In this document: one piece after another, positions 28,780 to 38,888 of the stretch
How positions within the stretch are numbered: position 1 is the stretch's first letter
Layout of the letters: every line of letters begins with the position of its first letter
Assembly (NCBI GenBank): GCA_963798705.1
Contig: CAWCTW010000003.1
Location: 214,847-278,846 of the forward strand
Reading direction: 5' to 3'
Source: an uncultured Actinomycetes bacterium
GTDB taxonomy: Bacteria > Actinomycetota > Thermoleophilia > Solirubrobacterales > 70-9
Length of the DNA stretch: 64,000 bases
Notes under the pieces: model-generated
Database searches by the model: none
Told to the model about the DNA's origin: nothing
Seen by the model: only the letters and a program-made list of their open reading frames with translations
Position numbers and translations under genes: made by a program

Positions 28780-30054
28780 ATGACAAGGCTCAAGCTGGTG
28801 GTTGTGGCGGTAACTGTCGCCGGTGCCGTGGGTGGCCTGGCGGCCTGCGGTGGCGGCGGGGGCGGTACGACGGGAACGCTGACGGTCGGTGACCTCGTGC
28901 CACTGACCGGCGACCTTTCGGACTTCGGACCTCCGGGCGAGAAGGCCGCCAGCCTCGCGGCGGACCAGATCAACGAGGCCGCGAAGAAGGTCGACGCCGA
29001 CATCAGCGGCGTGAAGGTAGTCACCGAGGACACGCAGACCGAGCCGGGGGCGTCCGTCCAGGCTGCGCGCAAGGTCACCGACGAGGGTGCAACCTGCATT
29101 GCAGGCGCCTGGGCCTCGGCGGACACGATCCCGGTGGCGCGCTCCGTCTCGATTCCCGACGAGATCCTCCAGATCTCGCCGGCATCGACGAGCGACGAGA
29201 TCACCGGCCTCGACGACAACGGGCTGATCAACCGGACGTCGCCGCCGGACTCGTTCCAGGGGCCGACGCTGTCAGACGCGATCGAGAAGGACCTCGGCAG
29301 CGCCAAGGGCAACACCGTGAACATCGGCGCTCGCAACGATTCCTACGGGACGGGGCTCGCCGACACGTTCTCGACCGCCTGGGAGGATGCGGGCGGCAAG
29401 ATCGGCCAGAAGGTGATCTACGACCCGAAGGCGGCCTCGTACGACTCCGAGGCCAGGAAGATCGTCTCCGGCAATCCGGACGCGATCGTGATCATCGACT
29501 TCCCGGAGACCTTCGTCAAGGTCGGCCCGGCGCTTGCGCGGACCGGCAGCTGGGATCCGACGAAGGCATGGGGCACGGACGGCCTCGCGTCGAGCAGCCT
29601 GCCGAAGGACGTCGGCGTGGACGTCGTCGAGGGCATGCGGGGCACGGCGCCCGGCACCCCCGACAAGGATCCGACCACGAAGGCGTTCGACGAGCTGTAC
29701 ACCTCGTCGCCGCCGAAGAACGTGGATCGCCAGACGTTCGACGCCCAGAATTTCGACGCCGTTGCGCTCTGCTATCTGGCGGCGGTCGCCGCGGGGTCGA
29801 CTGAAGGTCAGGACATGGCCGATGAGGTGGTGAACGTGAGCTCGCCACCCGGTGACCCGTTCTCCTACCAGGAGCTCGACCAGGCGATCCAGGCGCTCCA
29901 GGACGGCGATGACATCGACTACCAGGGCGCGTCTGGCCCGATCGACCTGAACGATCAGGGGGACGCGACCGGCGGTGTCTACGACACCTACGAGTACAAG
30001 AACGGCAAGATCGCCACGGTCGGCGAGGTGCCGGTCGCGAAGCCGAGCGAGTAG
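28780..30054 (+). CDS. ABC transporter substrate-binding lipoprotein (branched-chain amino acid / LivJ-like type I fold)
   Basis: ATG at 28780 after GGAGGAGGAG. Lipobox GGLAACGGGGG. It lies next to livHMGF-type genes. Confidence 0.8.
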   Translation: MTRLKLVVVAVTVAGAVGGLAACGGGGGGTTGTLTVGDLVPLTGDLSDFGPPGEKAASLAADQINEAAKKVDADISGVKVVTEDTQTEPGASVQAARKVTDEGATCIAGAWASADTIPVARSVSIPDEILQISPASTSDEITGLDDNGLINRTSPPDSFQGPTLSDAIEKDLGSAKGNTVNIGARNDSYGTGLADTFSTAWEDAGGKIGQKVIYDPKAASYDSEARKIVSGNPDAIVIIDFPETFVKVGPALARTGSWDPTKAWGTDGLASSSLPKDVGVDVVEGMRGTAPGTPDKDPTTKAFDELYTSSPPKNVDRQTFDAQNFDAVALCYLAAVAAGSTEGQDMADEVVNVSSPPGDPFSYQELDQAIQALQDGDDIDYQGASGPIDLNDQGDATGGVYDTYEYKNGKIATVGEVPVAKPSE

Positions 30055-30076
30055 GCGCCGCGCGCCGCGCGAGCTC

Positions 30077-30108
30077 GAGAGACGGCCGGGGAATCCCGGC
30101 CGTCTCTC
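30077..30108. terminator. bidirectional hairpin terminator between the binding-protein gene and livF
   Basis: GAGAGACGGCCGGG-gaat-CCCGGCCGTCTCTC, a 14-bp perfect stem. Confidence 0.65.
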
Positions 30109-30866
30109 TATCGCTGCGACTCGCTGCGATCGATCCGAGCCGCCCCGCCGAGGTAGAGCTCCGCCACCTTGGCGTCGTCGAGCAGCTCCTGCCCGGTCCC
30201 CTCGAAGCGGTTGGCGCCGACGTCGAGCACGTAGCCCCGGCTGGACATCCCGAGCGCCCGGCGTGCGTTCTGCTCCACCATGACCACCGTCACGCCGGCG
30301 CGGTTGATGTCCGCGATCTTCTCGAAGATCGCCTCCACGAAGGCAGGGGCGAGCCCGGCCGAGGGCTCGTCGAGGAGCAGAACATGTGGATCCGGCATGA
30401 GCGCCCGAGCCATGGCGAGCATCTGGCGCTCGCCGCCGCTCATCGTCCCGGCGGTCTGGGAGCGGCGCTCTCCGAGCCGCGGGAAGAGCTCGTACATCCT
30501 CTGGATCGCATCGTTCGTGCGTGAGCGCTCGATGGAGCCGATCTCGAGGTTCTCCTCGACCGTGAGGCTCTGGAAGACGTTGTCGAGCTGGGGGACATAG
30601 CTCAAGCCCAGCCGGGTGATCTCGTGCGTGTGGCGGCCGCTGATCTCCTCACCCCGGAACAGCACCCGCCCGTGGCGGGGGTGCAGGAGCCCGAATACCG
30701 TCTTCACCAGGGTGGACTTCCCGGCTCCGTTGGGGCCGATCACGGTGACGATCTCCCCCTCCCGGACGCTGATCGTGACGCCGTTCAGGATGTCGACCTC
30801 GGAGACGTATCCGGCCACGAGCTCCTCGGTTGCGAGGAGAGCCCCGTTCGTGGAATCGGCAGTCAC
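30108..30866 (-). CDS. livF: branched-chain amino acid ABC transporter ATP-binding protein
   Basis: GPNGAGKSTL, MSGGERQMLAMARAL. Confidence 0.9.
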   Translation of the reverse strand: MTADSTNGALLATEELVAGYVSEVDILNGVTISVREGEIVTVIGPNGAGKSTLVKTVFGLLHPRHGRVLFRGEEISGRHTHEITRLGLSYVPQLDNVFQSLTVEENLEIGSIERSRTNDAIQRMYELFPRLGERRSQTAGTMSGGERQMLAMARALMPDPHVLLLDEPSAGLAPAFVEAIFEKIADINRAGVTVVMVEQNARRALGMSSRGYVLDVGANRFEGTGQELLDDAKVAELYLGGAARIDRSESQR

Positions 30867-31687
30867 CGGTCCGGTTCCCCGGCGATCTTCGCGGACCCCA
30901 GGTAAGCGTCGATGACGGCCTTGTCGGCGCGCACCTCGTGAGGCTCCCCGTCGGCGATCACGCGCCCCTCCGCCATCACGATCACGCGATCGGAGTGGTT
31001 CATGACGACCTCCATGTCGTGCTCGATGAACAGGATGCTCACCCCGTGCTCGGCGCGCAGTCGCTGCATGTGGTCGAGCAGCCGGTGCCCGAGCGTCGGA
31101 TTGATCCCGGCCATCGGCTCGTCGAGGAGCAACAGCCTGGGCCGTGTCATCAACGCCCGGGCCAGCTCGAGCAGCTTGCGCTGCCCCCCCGACAGGGTGC
31201 CCGCGTATTCGGCAGCGAGCTTCGCCAGGCCGAACGCCTCCAGCAGCTCCATTCCCTGGTCGTGGACCTCGGCCTCCCGCCGCCGGACCGCGCCGGGGCG
31301 CAGGATCACGTTGCGAAGCCGCTCCCCCGGCTGGTCCGGGGCAGCAAGCGTCATGTTGTCGATCACCGGCATCCGGGCCAGCGCCTTCGTGATCTGGAAC
31401 GTCCGGACCATTCCCAGTCGCGCCACCGAGTGGGGAGCCATGCCCAGGATCGAGTGCCCGTTGAACTCGGCTCGACCGGCGTCGGGCCTGTAGAAGCCGG
31501 TGATCACGTTGAAGAACGTCGTCTTGCCCGCGCCGTTGGGGCCGATCAGGGCGCTGATCGAGCCCTCGCGGACGTTCAAGGTCGCGCCGTTGACGGCCCG
31601 GATGCCACCGAAGCGTTTCACGACCTCGGTCGCGGCGAGTATCGAGCGACCGTTCGCGTCCCCGTTGCTCGCGCCGGCCTCATTCAC
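30863..31687 (-). CDS. livG: branched-chain amino acid ABC transporter ATP-binding protein
   Basis: GPNGAGKTTFFNVITG, LSGGQRKLLELARAL. It overlaps livF by 4 nt. Confidence 0.9.
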   Translation of the reverse strand: MNEAGASNGDANGRSILAATEVVKRFGGIRAVNGATLNVREGSISALIGPNGAGKTTFFNVITGFYRPDAGRAEFNGHSILGMAPHSVARLGMVRTFQITKALARMPVIDNMTLAAPDQPGERLRNVILRPGAVRRREAEVHDQGMELLEAFGLAKLAAEYAGTLSGGQRKLLELARALMTRPRLLLLDEPMAGINPTLGHRLLDHMQRLRAEHGVSILFIEHDMEVVMNHSDRVIVMAEGRVIADGEPHEVRADKAVIDAYLGSAKIAGEPDR

Positions 31688-32693
31688 CGAGCACCATCTC
31701 CTCCCGCTTGCCGAACATCCCCTGCGGGCGAAACGCCATGAGCAGGATCAGAATCAACCCAACGATGAAGAAGCGAAGCGACGCGATCTGAGTCTCGGAG
31801 ATCGGCAGCTCGACAAATCGCGTCCCCTCGAGAACCGCCCAGAAGATCACCCCTCCCGCCAGCACGCCCCAGTAGCTGGCAAGGCCACCCAGCACGAGCA
31901 CGCCGTAGGCGAAGAACGTGACCAGCGGCTGGTAGTCCTCCGGATGGATCGTCGCCAGGTCGAGGGCAAGGAAGAATCCGGCGACCGCGCCGATCGCGGC
32001 CGCGATCGCCAGCGACTGGAGCTTGGCCACGAACGTGTTCTTCCCCAGTGCCTCGGCGGCGTCCTCATCCTCACGGATCGCCCGCAGAACCCGTCCCCAC
32101 GGCGAGCCCTGGATGAAGTTCAGGGCAATGGTCACCACGAGGACAGTCAGCCACACGACGATCAACAGGGGCGCCAGCGACTCCGGGTTGCTCCAGCCGA
32201 TGCTCTCGAACCAGCCCTCGATCGTCCCCGACAGGTTCGTCCACGCGTCGTTGTAGCAGGCGCCGGCCCCGCCCTCGGAGCAGAAGAGCCCCTGGTTACC
32301 GCCGGTCAGGCCGCGAGCGTTCTGGGCGATGATGCGCACGATCTCGGCCAGAGCGATCGTCGCGATCGCGAAGTAGTCCGCGCGCAGGCGCAGGGAGGGG
32401 AGCCCGACGAGGAGCCCGAAGCCGATGGCGATCAGCATCGCCAGCGGGAGCGAGAGCCAGAACGAGAAGCCGGCCTTCAGGACCAGGATCGCCATCGAGT
32501 AGGCGCCCACCGCCATGAAGCCCGCGGCACCGAAGTTGGTCATCCCGGTGTAGCCGACGTTGAGCTGCAACCCCAGCGCAACGAGCACGTAGACGCCTGC
32601 AAGCACTCCCACGCCGACCCAGAAGCCGGTGTCCGTGAGGAAGTTGAGGGTGACGCCCAGCGAGGCGATCGAGTGTGGGTCCACCGGGGCCAT
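31680..32693 (-). CDS. livM: branched-chain amino acid ABC transporter permease
   Basis: Polytopic hydrophobic protein with LivM-like NVGYTGMTNFGAAGFMAVGAY. It overlaps livG by 8 nt. Confidence 0.85.
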   Translation of the reverse strand: MAPVDPHSIASLGVTLNFLTDTGFWVGVGVLAGVYVLVALGLQLNVGYTGMTNFGAAGFMAVGAYSMAILVLKAGFSFWLSLPLAMLIAIGFGLLVGLPSLRLRADYFAIATIALAEIVRIIAQNARGLTGGNQGLFCSEGGAGACYNDAWTNLSGTIEGWFESIGWSNPESLAPLLIVVWLTVLVVTIALNFIQGSPWGRVLRAIREDEDAAEALGKNTFVAKLQSLAIAAAIGAVAGFFLALDLATIHPEDYQPLVTFFAYGVLVLGGLASYWGVLAGGVIFWAVLEGTRFVELPISETQIASLRFFIVGLILILLMAFRPQGMFGKREEMVLGE

Positions 32694-32699
32694 CGGCGG

Positions 32700-33710
32700 C
32701 TAGACCGCCTTCGCCTTGCCGAAGATTCCCTGCGGGCGGACGATCAACGCCACGATCAGCGCCGCGAACCCCACGGCGATCTTCCAACGGGAGTCGATGA
32801 ACAGCGTCGACCACTCGGTGACGAGCCCCAGGAGCATTCCCCCGGCTAATGCCCCGTAGGCATCTCCGATCCCGCCGAGGATGACGGCCGCGAAGATCGG
32901 CAGCAGGAGCTGGAAGCCGAGCTCCGGGCTCAGCGACGTGATCGCCGCCGCCATCACCCCGGCAAGTCCGGCGAGGGCGCCGGCGAAGATCCACGTGTAA
33001 ATAATGACCCTCCGGGTATCGATCCCGGCCGTCTCGGCGAGCTCGAGGTCATCCGCCAGAGCGCGCATCCGCTTGCCCAGCATGGTCTGGCGGAGCATGA
33101 GTCCGACGGCTATCAGCACCACGAAGCCGACCGCGATCACGATCAGCTGCGTGCGCCCGATCCGAAGGCCGAGAAAGCTCACGGTGGCGGTCGTGTTGAC
33201 GTCGAGCAGCTTGATGTCCGTCCCCCAGAAGAACTGGACGACAGACCGGATCACGAGCGCGAGGCCGATCGACATCAGCAGCAGCTGGAGCAGCCCGGCT
33301 CGCCGGGCCCGCATCGGCCCCCACATGACCAGCTCGAAGAAGACGGCGAGCACGGCGGTGGCGATCATCGCGACCACGACTCCCACGACCAGGGGCAGCC
33401 CCCACGTGACGTTGACGAGGTATGCCATGTACGCGCCGAACGTGAGGAAGTCGCCGTGCGCGAAGTTGACCAGCCGCAGGATCCCGTACACCAGCGTCAG
33501 GCCGACCGCGCCCAGAGCGTAGATGGCGCCGAGCGACAGTCCGCTGAGTCCGGTCTGAGCGACATCGTGCAGGCCCTTCGCGATGATCATCACGATCACC
33601 GCGGCGGCGATCAAGACCAGGGCCGCAAGGGCCGGCCGGCGATCGGCCGCATCTCGCAGGCGGCGCCAGAGATTGACCTCCGCACCGATGGTGAGGGATC
33701 GAGCCTCCAT
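32700..33710 (-). CDS. livH: branched-chain amino acid ABC transporter permease
   Basis: LivH-like GLSLGAIYALGAVGLTLVYGILRLVNFAHGD. An alternative start at 33590 would remove a 40-aa N-terminal extension. Confidence 0.85.
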   Translation of the reverse strand: MEARSLTIGAEVNLWRRLRDAADRRPALAALVLIAAAVIVMIIAKGLHDVAQTGLSGLSLGAIYALGAVGLTLVYGILRLVNFAHGDFLTFGAYMAYLVNVTWGLPLVVGVVVAMIATAVLAVFFELVMWGPMRARRAGLLQLLLMSIGLALVIRSVVQFFWGTDIKLLDVNTTATVSFLGLRIGRTQLIVIAVGFVVLIAVGLMLRQTMLGKRMRALADDLELAETAGIDTRRVIIYTWIFAGALAGLAGVMAAAITSLSPELGFQLLLPIFAAVILGGIGDAYGALAGGMLLGLVTEWSTLFIDSRWKIAVGFAALIVALIVRPQGIFGKAKAV

Positions 33711-33784
33711 CTCCCATCGGGATCGTATGCCTCCGGGGTGGTCTGCATGACGGTAGACCGCCGCCGAGGGTCTACCCTGGAGCG

Positions 33785-35029
33785 ATGGGTGCGTTGCGAT
33801 CCGGCACCATCGATGAGGTGGTCACCCCGGCGGCGGTCGCTCGTGCCGCACGGCTCATCGCCCGCGAGGTCCGCGAGACACCCGTTCTGCCCGCCGGTGA
33901 GCTCTCACGCCGGGTCGGCGCCTCGGTGGTGGTGAAGGCCGAGTGTCTCCAGTTCACCGGCTCGTTCAAGGTGCGGGGGGCCTTCCACAAGATCAGTCGC
34001 CTGAGCCGATCCAAGCTTCGGTCCGGTGTGGTGGCCGCCAGCGCCGGGAACCATGCCCAGGCCGTCGCGCTCGCGGCCGATCGAGCCGGCGCGCACGCCG
34101 ACATCTTCATGCCCGCCGCGGCGCCGCTGGCCAAGGTCGCGGCGGTTCGAAGCTACGGAGGCGAGGTGCGCCTGATCGACGGCTCCTACCACGAGGCGGC
34201 GGAGGCCGCACGGGAGTTCGCCGAACGAGAGGACGGAGCCTTGATCCACCCGTTCGATGACCCCGACATAGTGGCCGGACAGGGAACCGTCGGCCTGGAG
34301 ATCACGCGCCAGGTTCCGACGGCGCGGCAAGTGGTGGTCCCGCTGGGGGGTGGCGGACTGGCGGCGGGGACGGCGATCGCGGTCAAGTCGCGGCTTCCCG
34401 GCGCGAGGGTGATCGGCGTCCAGGCCGAGGCCTGCTCACCGTACGCCGACTCGGCGGCCGCACGGAGGCCGATCGGCACTCGGTCGACCAACACGATCTG
34501 CGACGGGATCGCCGTCAAGCGACCCGGCGAGTTGACGCTGCCGCTCGTGGAGCGTTATCTGGACGACATCGCGGCGGTGTCCGACGACGAGGTCGCACAG
34601 GCGATGGTGCTGCTGCTGGAGCGCTCGAAGCTCGTCGTCGAGGGCGCCGGCGCGGTTGGGGTGGCAGCGCTGCTGGCTGGAAAGATCGAGCCCGCGGCCG
34701 ATGGCGACACCTGCGTCGTCCTATCCGGTGGCAACGTCGATGCGTCGCGCCTCGCGGAGTGCATCCGCCTGGGAGAGACGGCCGCCGGGCGTCGCCTGGT
34801 GATCTGGACGGTCGTGCCCGACCGTCCCGGGGCGCTCGCCGCCCTCCTGCGGATCGTCGCCGAGCATGGAGCCAACGTGGTCGACGTGGAGCACATCCGC
34901 GAGGGGGTGGAGCTTCACGTCCGCGAGACCGCGATCGAGCTCGTCTTGCAGACCAACGGCCGTTCTCACAACGACGTCATCCTCGAAGCGATTCGCGCCG
35001 AGGGCTTCGCCGCCCGCCCCGAGCGCTGA
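33785..35029 (+). CDS. ilvA: threonine ammonia-lyase (threonine dehydratase) with C-terminal ACT-like domain
   Basis: PLP-lysine motif FTGSFKVRGAFHKI, plus SAGNHAQAVA. Confidence 0.9.
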   Translation: MGALRSGTIDEVVTPAAVARAARLIAREVRETPVLPAGELSRRVGASVVVKAECLQFTGSFKVRGAFHKISRLSRSKLRSGVVAASAGNHAQAVALAADRAGAHADIFMPAAAPLAKVAAVRSYGGEVRLIDGSYHEAAEAAREFAEREDGALIHPFDDPDIVAGQGTVGLEITRQVPTARQVVVPLGGGGLAAGTAIAVKSRLPGARVIGVQAEACSPYADSAAARRPIGTRSTNTICDGIAVKRPGELTLPLVERYLDDIAAVSDDEVAQAMVLLLERSKLVVEGAGAVGVAALLAGKIEPAADGDTCVVLSGGNVDASRLAECIRLGETAAGRRLVIWTVVPDRPGALAALLRIVAEHGANVVDVEHIREGVELHVRETAIELVLQTNGRSHNDVILEAIRAEGFAARPER

Positions 35030-35037
35030 CGCGCGAG

Positions 35038-35340
35038 TCAGGCCGCCGCCCGGCGCGCAAGCCGGCGGCGAAGCGGCGACGGGGGCCGGTGGATAGCGGT
35101 GTGCTCAGCCATGTCGCGGGCGCGGATCCGTAGGAGCTCGGCCACGTCGCCGCTGGGGCGGAAGGGATCGGCGACAGCGGCGCCGGTGCGGAGGCCGATT
35201 GCGGCCCAAGCCTCGCCGGCCACGTCCGCGATCAGGAAGTCGTCGTCCGGGAGGATTGCCGAATCCCGGCCCGCCAGCCGGATGAGCGTCTCACGATCCC
35301 GGGACCCGGCGCGCCTGATGGTGATCGTCTCTTCAGTCAT
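35038..35340 (-). CDS. small conserved hypothetical protein
   Basis: The pattern ITIRRAGSRDRETLIRLAGRDSA ... ADPFRPSGDVAELLRIRA resembles a small actinobacterial family I recall but cannot name. Confidence 0.55.
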   Translation of the reverse strand: MTEETITIRRAGSRDRETLIRLAGRDSAILPDDDFLIADVAGEAWAAIGLRTGAAVADPFRPSGDVAELLRIRARDMAEHTAIHRPPSPLRRRLARRAAA

Positions 35341-35505
35341 GTCGCCTGCTCCCGTGTCGTCGGTGATGCCGCCTGCTCGTGTCGAGGTCGTCCACTGGGA
35401 AAACGGTGCGCGGTGCCAAAACGTGAGGGGCCATGTGATTCAGAGTGGCACGCTCCGGCTATAACGTCAAATAAGGGATTGCTAGGATCGGGATAAGCGC
35501 TGGTT

Positions 35506-36453
35506 ATGTTCGAGGTCAAGCATCTTCGGGTCTTCAAGGAGGTTGCCGAGCGCGGCTCGTTCTCGGCCGCGGCCGAGGCGCTCAGCTACACGCAGCCGGC
35601 GGTGTCGCAGCAGATCGCCGCGCTGGAGCGCGCGACCGGCGTCAAGCTGGTGGATCGCATTCCTCGTGGCATCAGGCTCACGGACGCGGGCCGGTCGCTC
35701 CTGGGCCACGCCGAGGCCGTGCTCGCGCGTCTCGCCGCCGCGGAAGCCGAGCTGGAGCAGATCGGCGCCCTGCGCTCCGGGAGAGTCCGCCTGGCGTCCT
35801 TTCCGACCGGTGGATCATCGTTGATCCCGCCCGCCACGGCGGTCTTCCACGACCGCCATCCGGGCATCGAGCTCATCCTCTCGATGGCGGAGCCCGCCGA
35901 CGGCCTCGGGCAGTTGCGCTCGGGGGACGTGGACATCGCGCTGCTGTTGGAGTCCGGATTCGAGGCCGAGCTGGAGAGCAACGGCATCGACCGCGTCCAC
36001 CTCCTCGACGACCCGATGTTCCTGGCGCTGCCGCTCGGTCATCCGCTGGCCGGCAAGCGCCGGATCAAGCTCGCCGCCCTCGCGGACGAGACGTGGATGC
36101 ATGGAAGTCGCAACGTCTGCAAATGCCCGGATGCTGCGGTCTTCCTCCGGGCCTGCCACGCCGCCGGGTTCGAGCCGCGCGTCGCGCTGGAGAACGACGA
36201 CTACGCCGCGATCCAGGGATTCGTCGCGGCCGGTGTGGGGGTCGCGCTCATCCCACAGCTAGCGCTCGAGAGCGTGCGCGACGACATCGCCATCCGCGAG
36301 CTCGCCGAGCCTCGCCCGATCCGCCGCGTGGTCGCCGCCGCCCGCGCCGACGGCTACCGCTCTCCCGCTACCGAGGCGATGCTGGAGATCCTCCGCGAGG
36401 TGAGCGCCGGCTATCTCGATGCGCGCGAGCCCCCACTCGCGGCCGTCGGCTGA
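35506..36453 (+). CDS. LysR family transcriptional regulator
   Basis: HTH FSAAAEALSYTQPAVSQQIAALE and a LysR substrate-binding domain. Confidence 0.9.
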   Translation: MFEVKHLRVFKEVAERGSFSAAAEALSYTQPAVSQQIAALERATGVKLVDRIPRGIRLTDAGRSLLGHAEAVLARLAAAEAELEQIGALRSGRVRLASFPTGGSSLIPPATAVFHDRHPGIELILSMAEPADGLGQLRSGDVDIALLLESGFEAELESNGIDRVHLLDDPMFLALPLGHPLAGKRRIKLAALADETWMHGSRNVCKCPDAAVFLRACHAAGFEPRVALENDDYAAIQGFVAAGVGVALIPQLALESVRDDIAIRELAEPRPIRRVVAAARADGYRSPATEAMLEILREVSAGYLDAREPPLAAVG

Positions 36454-36462
36454 CCCGGCGGC

Positions 36463-37647
36463 TCAGCCCGTCGTGCTCTCGGCGACCGGTGACGGCGTGC
36501 CCTCGCGCCACGAGTAGGCATACGCGGGGTCGTCGAGCTCGCGGGCGAGCTCCGTGAGCCGCAGCGGGCGGAACGTGTCCCACATCACCGCCAGCTCCTC
36601 GGTCCGGCGCTGGCCCAGCGCCTTCTCGACCAATCCGGGTTGGGGGCCGTGTGGAAGGCCGGAGGGGTGCACCGTGATCGAGCCGACGTCGATGCCCTTG
36701 CGGCTTCCGAACTCGCCGGAGACGTAGTAGATGATCTCCTCCGACTGGACGTTCGAGTGGTGGTAGGGGAGGGGAACGGCCTGCGGGTCGTAGTCGAGCT
36801 CGCGGGGACAGAACGAGCAGATCACGAAGTTCGGCCCCTGGAACGTCTGATGCGTCGGCGGTGGCAGGTGCAGGCGCCCGGTCCGAGGCTCGAAGTCGTG
36901 GATGTTGAACGTGTAGGGGTAGACGTAGCCGTCCCACCCGATGACGTCGAGCGGGTGGTAGTCGAGCTCGTAGCGCTGAAGCCCTCCGCGCACCCGCACG
37001 ACGACCTCGAAGTCCGCGGTCTCACGATGCGTCTCGAGCTCGGCCGGCGGATGGAAGTCACGCTGGGAGTACGGCGCCGACTCGAGCAGCTGCCCGTAGC
37101 GGTTCCGGTAGCGGTTCGGCGTCTCGATCTCGCCCGGGGTGTGGAAGACGAGCCAAAGCTGTGGAAGCGAATCGCACTCGAACCGGTAGGTGGTTCCCCG
37201 CGGGATCACGATGTAGTCGTGCTCGCGGTAGGGGAGCGAGCCGAATACGGTCTCGAGCCTACCGCTGCCCTCGTGGACGAAGATGACCTCGTCGCCCTCC
37301 CCGTCGCGATAGAAGGCTTCCGCCTCGGAATCCGGGCTGCAGATCGAGACCTCCAGATCCTGGTTCCACATCAGGCAGCGCCTGCCGGTGATGGGATCGC
37401 CCTCCGGCTCGGTAGCGCCGGTCACCAGGTGTCGGTGGACATGCGCGTCGGGGACCCACTCGCCCCGCTCGATCGGGGCGAACCCGCCGGCCTCGCTGAT
37501 CCGGCATGGAGATTGGAGGTGGTAGAGGATCGACTCATTTCCGGAGAACCCCTCGAAGCCGAGCACCTCCTCGACCAAGAGCCGACCGTTGTCTCGGAAT
37601 TGAACGTGCCGCTTCGGGGGGACGTCCCCCAGTCGGTGGTAGCGCAT
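36463..37647 (-). CDS. hmgA: homogentisate 1,2-dioxygenase
   Basis: Cupin-fold HGD-like sequence (FEGFSGNESILYHL.., GPHGPQPG). It is immediately downstream of hppD with a TGATG overlap. Confidence 0.8.
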   Translation of the reverse strand: MRYHRLGDVPPKRHVQFRDNGRLLVEEVLGFEGFSGNESILYHLQSPCRISEAGGFAPIERGEWVPDAHVHRHLVTGATEPEGDPITGRRCLMWNQDLEVSICSPDSEAEAFYRDGEGDEVIFVHEGSGRLETVFGSLPYREHDYIVIPRGTTYRFECDSLPQLWLVFHTPGEIETPNRYRNRYGQLLESAPYSQRDFHPPAELETHRETADFEVVVRVRGGLQRYELDYHPLDVIGWDGYVYPYTFNIHDFEPRTGRLHLPPPTHQTFQGPNFVICSFCPRELDYDPQAVPLPYHHSNVQSEEIIYYVSGEFGSRKGIDVGSITVHPSGLPHGPQPGLVEKALGQRRTEELAVMWDTFRPLRLTELARELDDPAYAYSWREGTPSPVAESTTG

Positions 37648-38768
37648 CAGAGGTTCCCCCGCTTCTCTTGCTCTCTCTCGATCGCCTCGAACAGCGCCTT
37701 GAAGTTTCCCTCGCCGAACCCGCGCGCACCGTGCCGCTCGATCACCTCGAGGAACGTCGTCGGCCGGTCACTCAGGTTCGCGCTGAAGATCTGGAGAAGG
37801 TACCCCTCGTCGTCGCGGTCGGCCAAGATGCCAAGCCGCGACAGGTCGTCGAGGTCCTCGTCGATCTCTCCGATTCGCTCGGGTAGCTCCTCGTAATAGC
37901 TCCCCGGCGTCTCGAGGAAGCGCATCCCGCGCTCCTTCAGCTGGGCGACGGTGGCCACGATGTCGGTGGTGGACAGCGCAATGTGCTGCACGCCGGGGCC
38001 TCCGTAGTACTCCAGGTACTCCTCGATCTGCGACTTCCGCTTGCCCTCCGCGGGCTCGTTGAGCGGGAACTTGATCCGGCCCTTTCCGTCGGCCATCACC
38101 TTCGACATCAGCGCGGAGTACTCCGTGGAGATGTCCCGGTCGGTGAAGTGGATCATCTCGCGCATCCCGAAGATGCGCTCGTAGTAGCCAACCCATTCCG
38201 GGAGCGTCCCGAGCTCGATGTTGCCGACCACGTGGTCGATGCCGGTGAAGAGCCCGGCGTCTTCGCCTCCCGCCACCGGAGCGTACCCGGGCAGGAACGC
38301 GCCCCCGTAGTCGCCGCGCTCCACGAACGTGTGGATCGTCTCGCCATACGTGGCGATGCTCGCCGTTCGCACCGAGCCGCCGTCGTCACTTCGCTCCTCG
38401 GGCTCGGCGATCCCGCGTGCGCCCCGCCGGATCGCTTCCGAGTACGCCCGCTCCGCGTCGGGGACCCCCAGCGCCACGACCTTCACCCCGTCACCGTGTT
38501 CCGCGACGTGGCGCGCGATCTCGGTTGTGCCCTTGAGCGAGGACGTGAGCACGAATCGGACTCGCCCATGCTCGACCACCTGCGAGGCGCGGTCACGTAC
38601 CCCGGTCTCGAGGCCGGCGAACGCCGTGCGCCGGAACCCGAGCGCCGTGGTGAAGAAATGCGCCGCCTGGACTGCGTTCGAGACGTAGAACTCGATGTGG
38701 TCGACGCCGTAGAGCGGCATCTCATCTGCGAGTCGCTCGGCCTCTCGCGGAACCGTCTTCGTCTCCAT
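37647..38768 (-). CDS. hppD: 4-hydroxyphenylpyruvate dioxygenase
   Basis: GVQHIALSTTDI, LLQIFS, FLEVIERHGARGFGEGNFKALFEAIE. Confidence 0.93.
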   Translation of the reverse strand: METKTVPREAERLADEMPLYGVDHIEFYVSNAVQAAHFFTTALGFRRTAFAGLETGVRDRASQVVEHGRVRFVLTSSLKGTTEIARHVAEHGDGVKVVALGVPDAERAYSEAIRRGARGIAEPEERSDDGGSVRTASIATYGETIHTFVERGDYGGAFLPGYAPVAGGEDAGLFTGIDHVVGNIELGTLPEWVGYYERIFGMREMIHFTDRDISTEYSALMSKVMADGKGRIKFPLNEPAEGKRKSQIEEYLEYYGGPGVQHIALSTTDIVATVAQLKERGMRFLETPGSYYEELPERIGEIDEDLDDLSRLGILADRDDEGYLLQIFSANLSDRPTTFLEVIERHGARGFGEGNFKALFEAIEREQEKRGNL

Positions 38769-38888
38769 GCGTTGTTCCTCCTCGGGTTGGGCAGCGCTTG
38801 CGAGGCTACGGCCTCCCGTTTATGATTACCCCCTTCGGAGGCGTGCTCAAGAGCGAAACGTTGCGTAGAAGGGGATTAGAGGAGCGAA

